A stretch of 64,000 nucleotides of DNA from Sminthopsis crassicaudata (taxonomy: Eukaryota), in the NCBI RefSeq assembly GCF_048593235.1, contig NC_133617.1, forward strand, positions 368,160,067-368,224,066. The letters are read 5' to 3'. Of the stretch, positions 61,491 to 64,000 are shown one piece after another; position 1 is the first letter of the stretch; each line of letters opens with the position of its first letter. The position numbers and the translations under genes were made by a program. Below the pieces are notes generated by a model, which saw only the letters and a program-made list of their open reading frames with translations, had not been told where the DNA came from and made no database searches.

Positions 61491-63054
61491 TCACTTTTAC
61501 ATTTCATGAGTTCAACATCTTTAGGTTATGAATATTACTAGCAATTGTGTGTATATGTGCATGTATATGTGTATTTTAAAGACTATGGTTTCTACTTCTT
61601 AGATACTTGCTCCTAAGTCTGCATATTTAATTCACACCCATGGCACTGCATTTCACTGTAAGAAAAAAAGAATTGTAGCTCTCAGATGATTTTGTTGCAA
61701 GTGACTTATGAAGGTTCTTTTTTTATCAGTGAAAGAAACAAATTCATTCTTCCCGGCTCATTTGTGGGATTCCATGATGCAGAGAAGTGATTTAAAATTC
61801 AAATTCTCTAAGAGCCAAGTGGTTAGAATGGATCAGGTGTAAGAATAAAGTAGCTATTTTTAAAAACTTGTTTAAAAAAAAAAAAAAAGATACTTGCTTT
61901 TCCATGAAAGGAGCATTTATACAATATATAAAAGAAGTGAGATTCAAAGCTGATGGAACTTTAAAAGTTATAGTCTAATTATCTGCTATGCATGTAATTC
62001 CAACAGGTTTAAATGACATCCTTCTGGGGTTACTATTTTCTGAAAGTATTTTTAGTCCTGAAAAAGACCTCTGATATCATTTAGTCCAAGCCTTTCAGAA
62101 AACCAAAAGCTCAGAAGATTTAAGTGATTCACCCAAATGCCTATGACTTGTTAGCAGTTTTAGTCTTAAATCTAAAAAGCTAGATCCCCTAATTTCTCAA
62201 CTTAACACCTCTGCATATACATTATGATTTGAATTGTTAATGAACTCAATATGACCTATGGAACTTATTAGTGTCCAGATCATACTGAGCTAGAGCATCA
62301 AAAATTGAACAAATCCTTTGATAAAACACCATGATGACACAATAAAGACCTCAATATTGTTGTTGCTGTTGTTCAATCATATGTCTGACCCCATTGGGGT
62401 TTTCTTGGCAAAGACTGTAGAGTGGTTTGCAATTTCCTTCTCCAGCACATTTTACAGATGAGGGAACTGAGGCAAACAGGGATAAGTGATTTGCCCAGTC
62501 ATCCAGATAGTAAATATCTGGGGCTGGATTTAAACTCAGATTTTCCTCAATCTAGGCCCAGCTATACCACCAAAAACCTCATTAGAAAAAACAGAGAAAT
62601 GCTAAAAGACAGATTATTTTCATGTTCTTTCAAATAAATGAAAGAGCAAAGAAAGAGAACAAGGATTATAACTCATCAAATGAATCCTAGAAATAAGAAA
62701 GACAAAGTAGTAATTTATGTAAAATTTGAAGGAAGAAATTTATTATTTGACAATTGTATGTCTGTGTACTTTTAAGAGATTGGAGAGAAATTTAGAAGGT
62801 AGCATTCACTTGAATATGGGAATTTCACCTGGGAAATCTTATTACCCAGACAATTTAAGCAGCCTTAGTTATATTTCTAAATGTTATAGTTGACATTCAC
62901 AAGAAAAAAGACATACTTAAATGTCAAGCATTTTGACTGTGGAGCCAGCTGGTATATCCTATCTCTTTTAAGAAAAAGCTGAACAGAGTAAAGCTGAAGG
63001 GGAGAATAAAATCACACTTGTGAAGTCTTTATAATGAACAAAGAATATAATGAC

Positions 63055-63185
63055 NNNNNNNNNNNNNNNNNNNNNNNNNNNNNNNNNNNNNNNNNNNNNN
63101 NNNNNNNNNNNNNNNNNNNNNNNNNNNNNNNNNNNNNNNNNNNNNNNNNNNNNNNNNNNNNNNNNNNNNNNNNNNNNNNNNNNNN
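63055..63185. other. Assembly gap within a PIAS2 intron
   Basis: Run of N. Confidence 1.
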
Positions 63186-63867
63186 GGTCAATCAGGAAGT
63201 AATCTTTCTGTTCTGAAAGCTCTGGAAAGATGATGATAGTAGCTTACATTGATGTAACATTTAACATCTAATACCTCATTTAATTTTTGTACCAACCCTG
63301 TAAACTAGGCAAGATAAATGGAATGTGATTAATTGCACTCTAGAAAAGATTGAGTGATTTGTATAAGGTGACAAGACTTGAGACTGAACTCAGTTCATTT
63401 GACTTCCCCATTTCTTCACTTACCTTCCTCCAAGGGATCAGAATACAACTTGTTAAAATGACTCATAGGTGGCATCTATAAATCTTAATGTATTCCATAT
63501 AAGATTATTAGTAGGATATCACTTAGGGGAAGAAGGGAAGAAGCATTTACTAAGTACTTACTATGTGCCAGGTCTCATGCTAAATATTTTCCAAAAATTA
63601 CCTTTTTAAATCCTTGCAATAACTTTGGGAGGTAGGTGATTTTTTAGACCTGTTTTATAATAGAGGAAATGGAAGTAAATGGAGGTTAAATGACTTGCCC
63701 AAGGTCACACAACTAATAAGCTAACGGCCCCATTTAATAGCTAGACCACCGATCCATTGATGAAATATAAGACTAAAATTTCAAAGAAAATATGATGGTT
63801 ATTCTAAAAGTAAGTTTGCTTTAAAATACACACTTTTAAGTAAAAGAAAAACTTAAAAAATACACAC

Positions 63868-64000
63868 CTGGTAAATCTGAAGAAATACTTGATATTGGCG
63901 TGTGGTGGAATGGCACTGAGTAATCTGTTAATGAAGGTGGAATAGCAGCATCCGCAGTCACATTAGGCACCCTGACAGTAGATGGCTGGTACATGAGAAC
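63868..64000 (-). CDS. PIAS2: PIAS2 internal coding exon (partial; its 5' part lies beyond the window)
   Basis: Translates VLMYQPSTVRVPNVTADAAIPPSLTDYSVPFHHTPISSISSDLP(G), matching PIAS2 ...AIPPSLTDYSVPFHHTPISS.SSDLPG. Donor CCAG|gtgtgt. Confidence 0.96.

Noticed and set aside
1-64000. CRISPR arrays, rRNA, operon-like or viral gene clusters
   Set aside because: None seen. Recurrent similar sequences are dispersed SINE/LINE copies, not regularly spaced repeats, and no gag/pol/env or transposase ORF is visible.

Overview
AT-rich, repeat-dense mammalian DNA, almost certainly from an Australian dasyurid marsupial (Tasmanian-devil-like), judged from WSINE1- and MAR1-type CORE-SINEs, marsupial L1 3' ends and an OC1-type hAT MITE. 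Two genes are supported, both on the minus strand and in the order known from human 18q21. ST8SIA5 coding exon 1 (12865-12995) sits in a CpG-island promoter, with intron 1 running off the left edge. The last three coding exons of PIAS2 (beta-type C-terminus; 63868-64000 partial, 60393-60430, 57052-57237) are followed by the 3' UTR. The ~44 kb between them is mostly L1, L2, CR1/L3, SINE and hAT fossils. There are five assembly gaps. I see no convincing new multi-gene system. The most notable unexplained items are two local inverted duplications of similar geometry, an unidentified poly(A)-tailed retrocopy with a perfect TSD, an OC1-like MITE from a horizontally transferred family, a YCAY (NOVA-type) cluster in the PIAS2 terminal-exon acceptor, two candidate uORFs in the ST8SIA5 leader and an orphan triple-CCAAT element. 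Gene, TSD and motif coordinates were hand-counted. Old-repeat boundaries are approximate, and repeat family names come from recognition rather than a database search.
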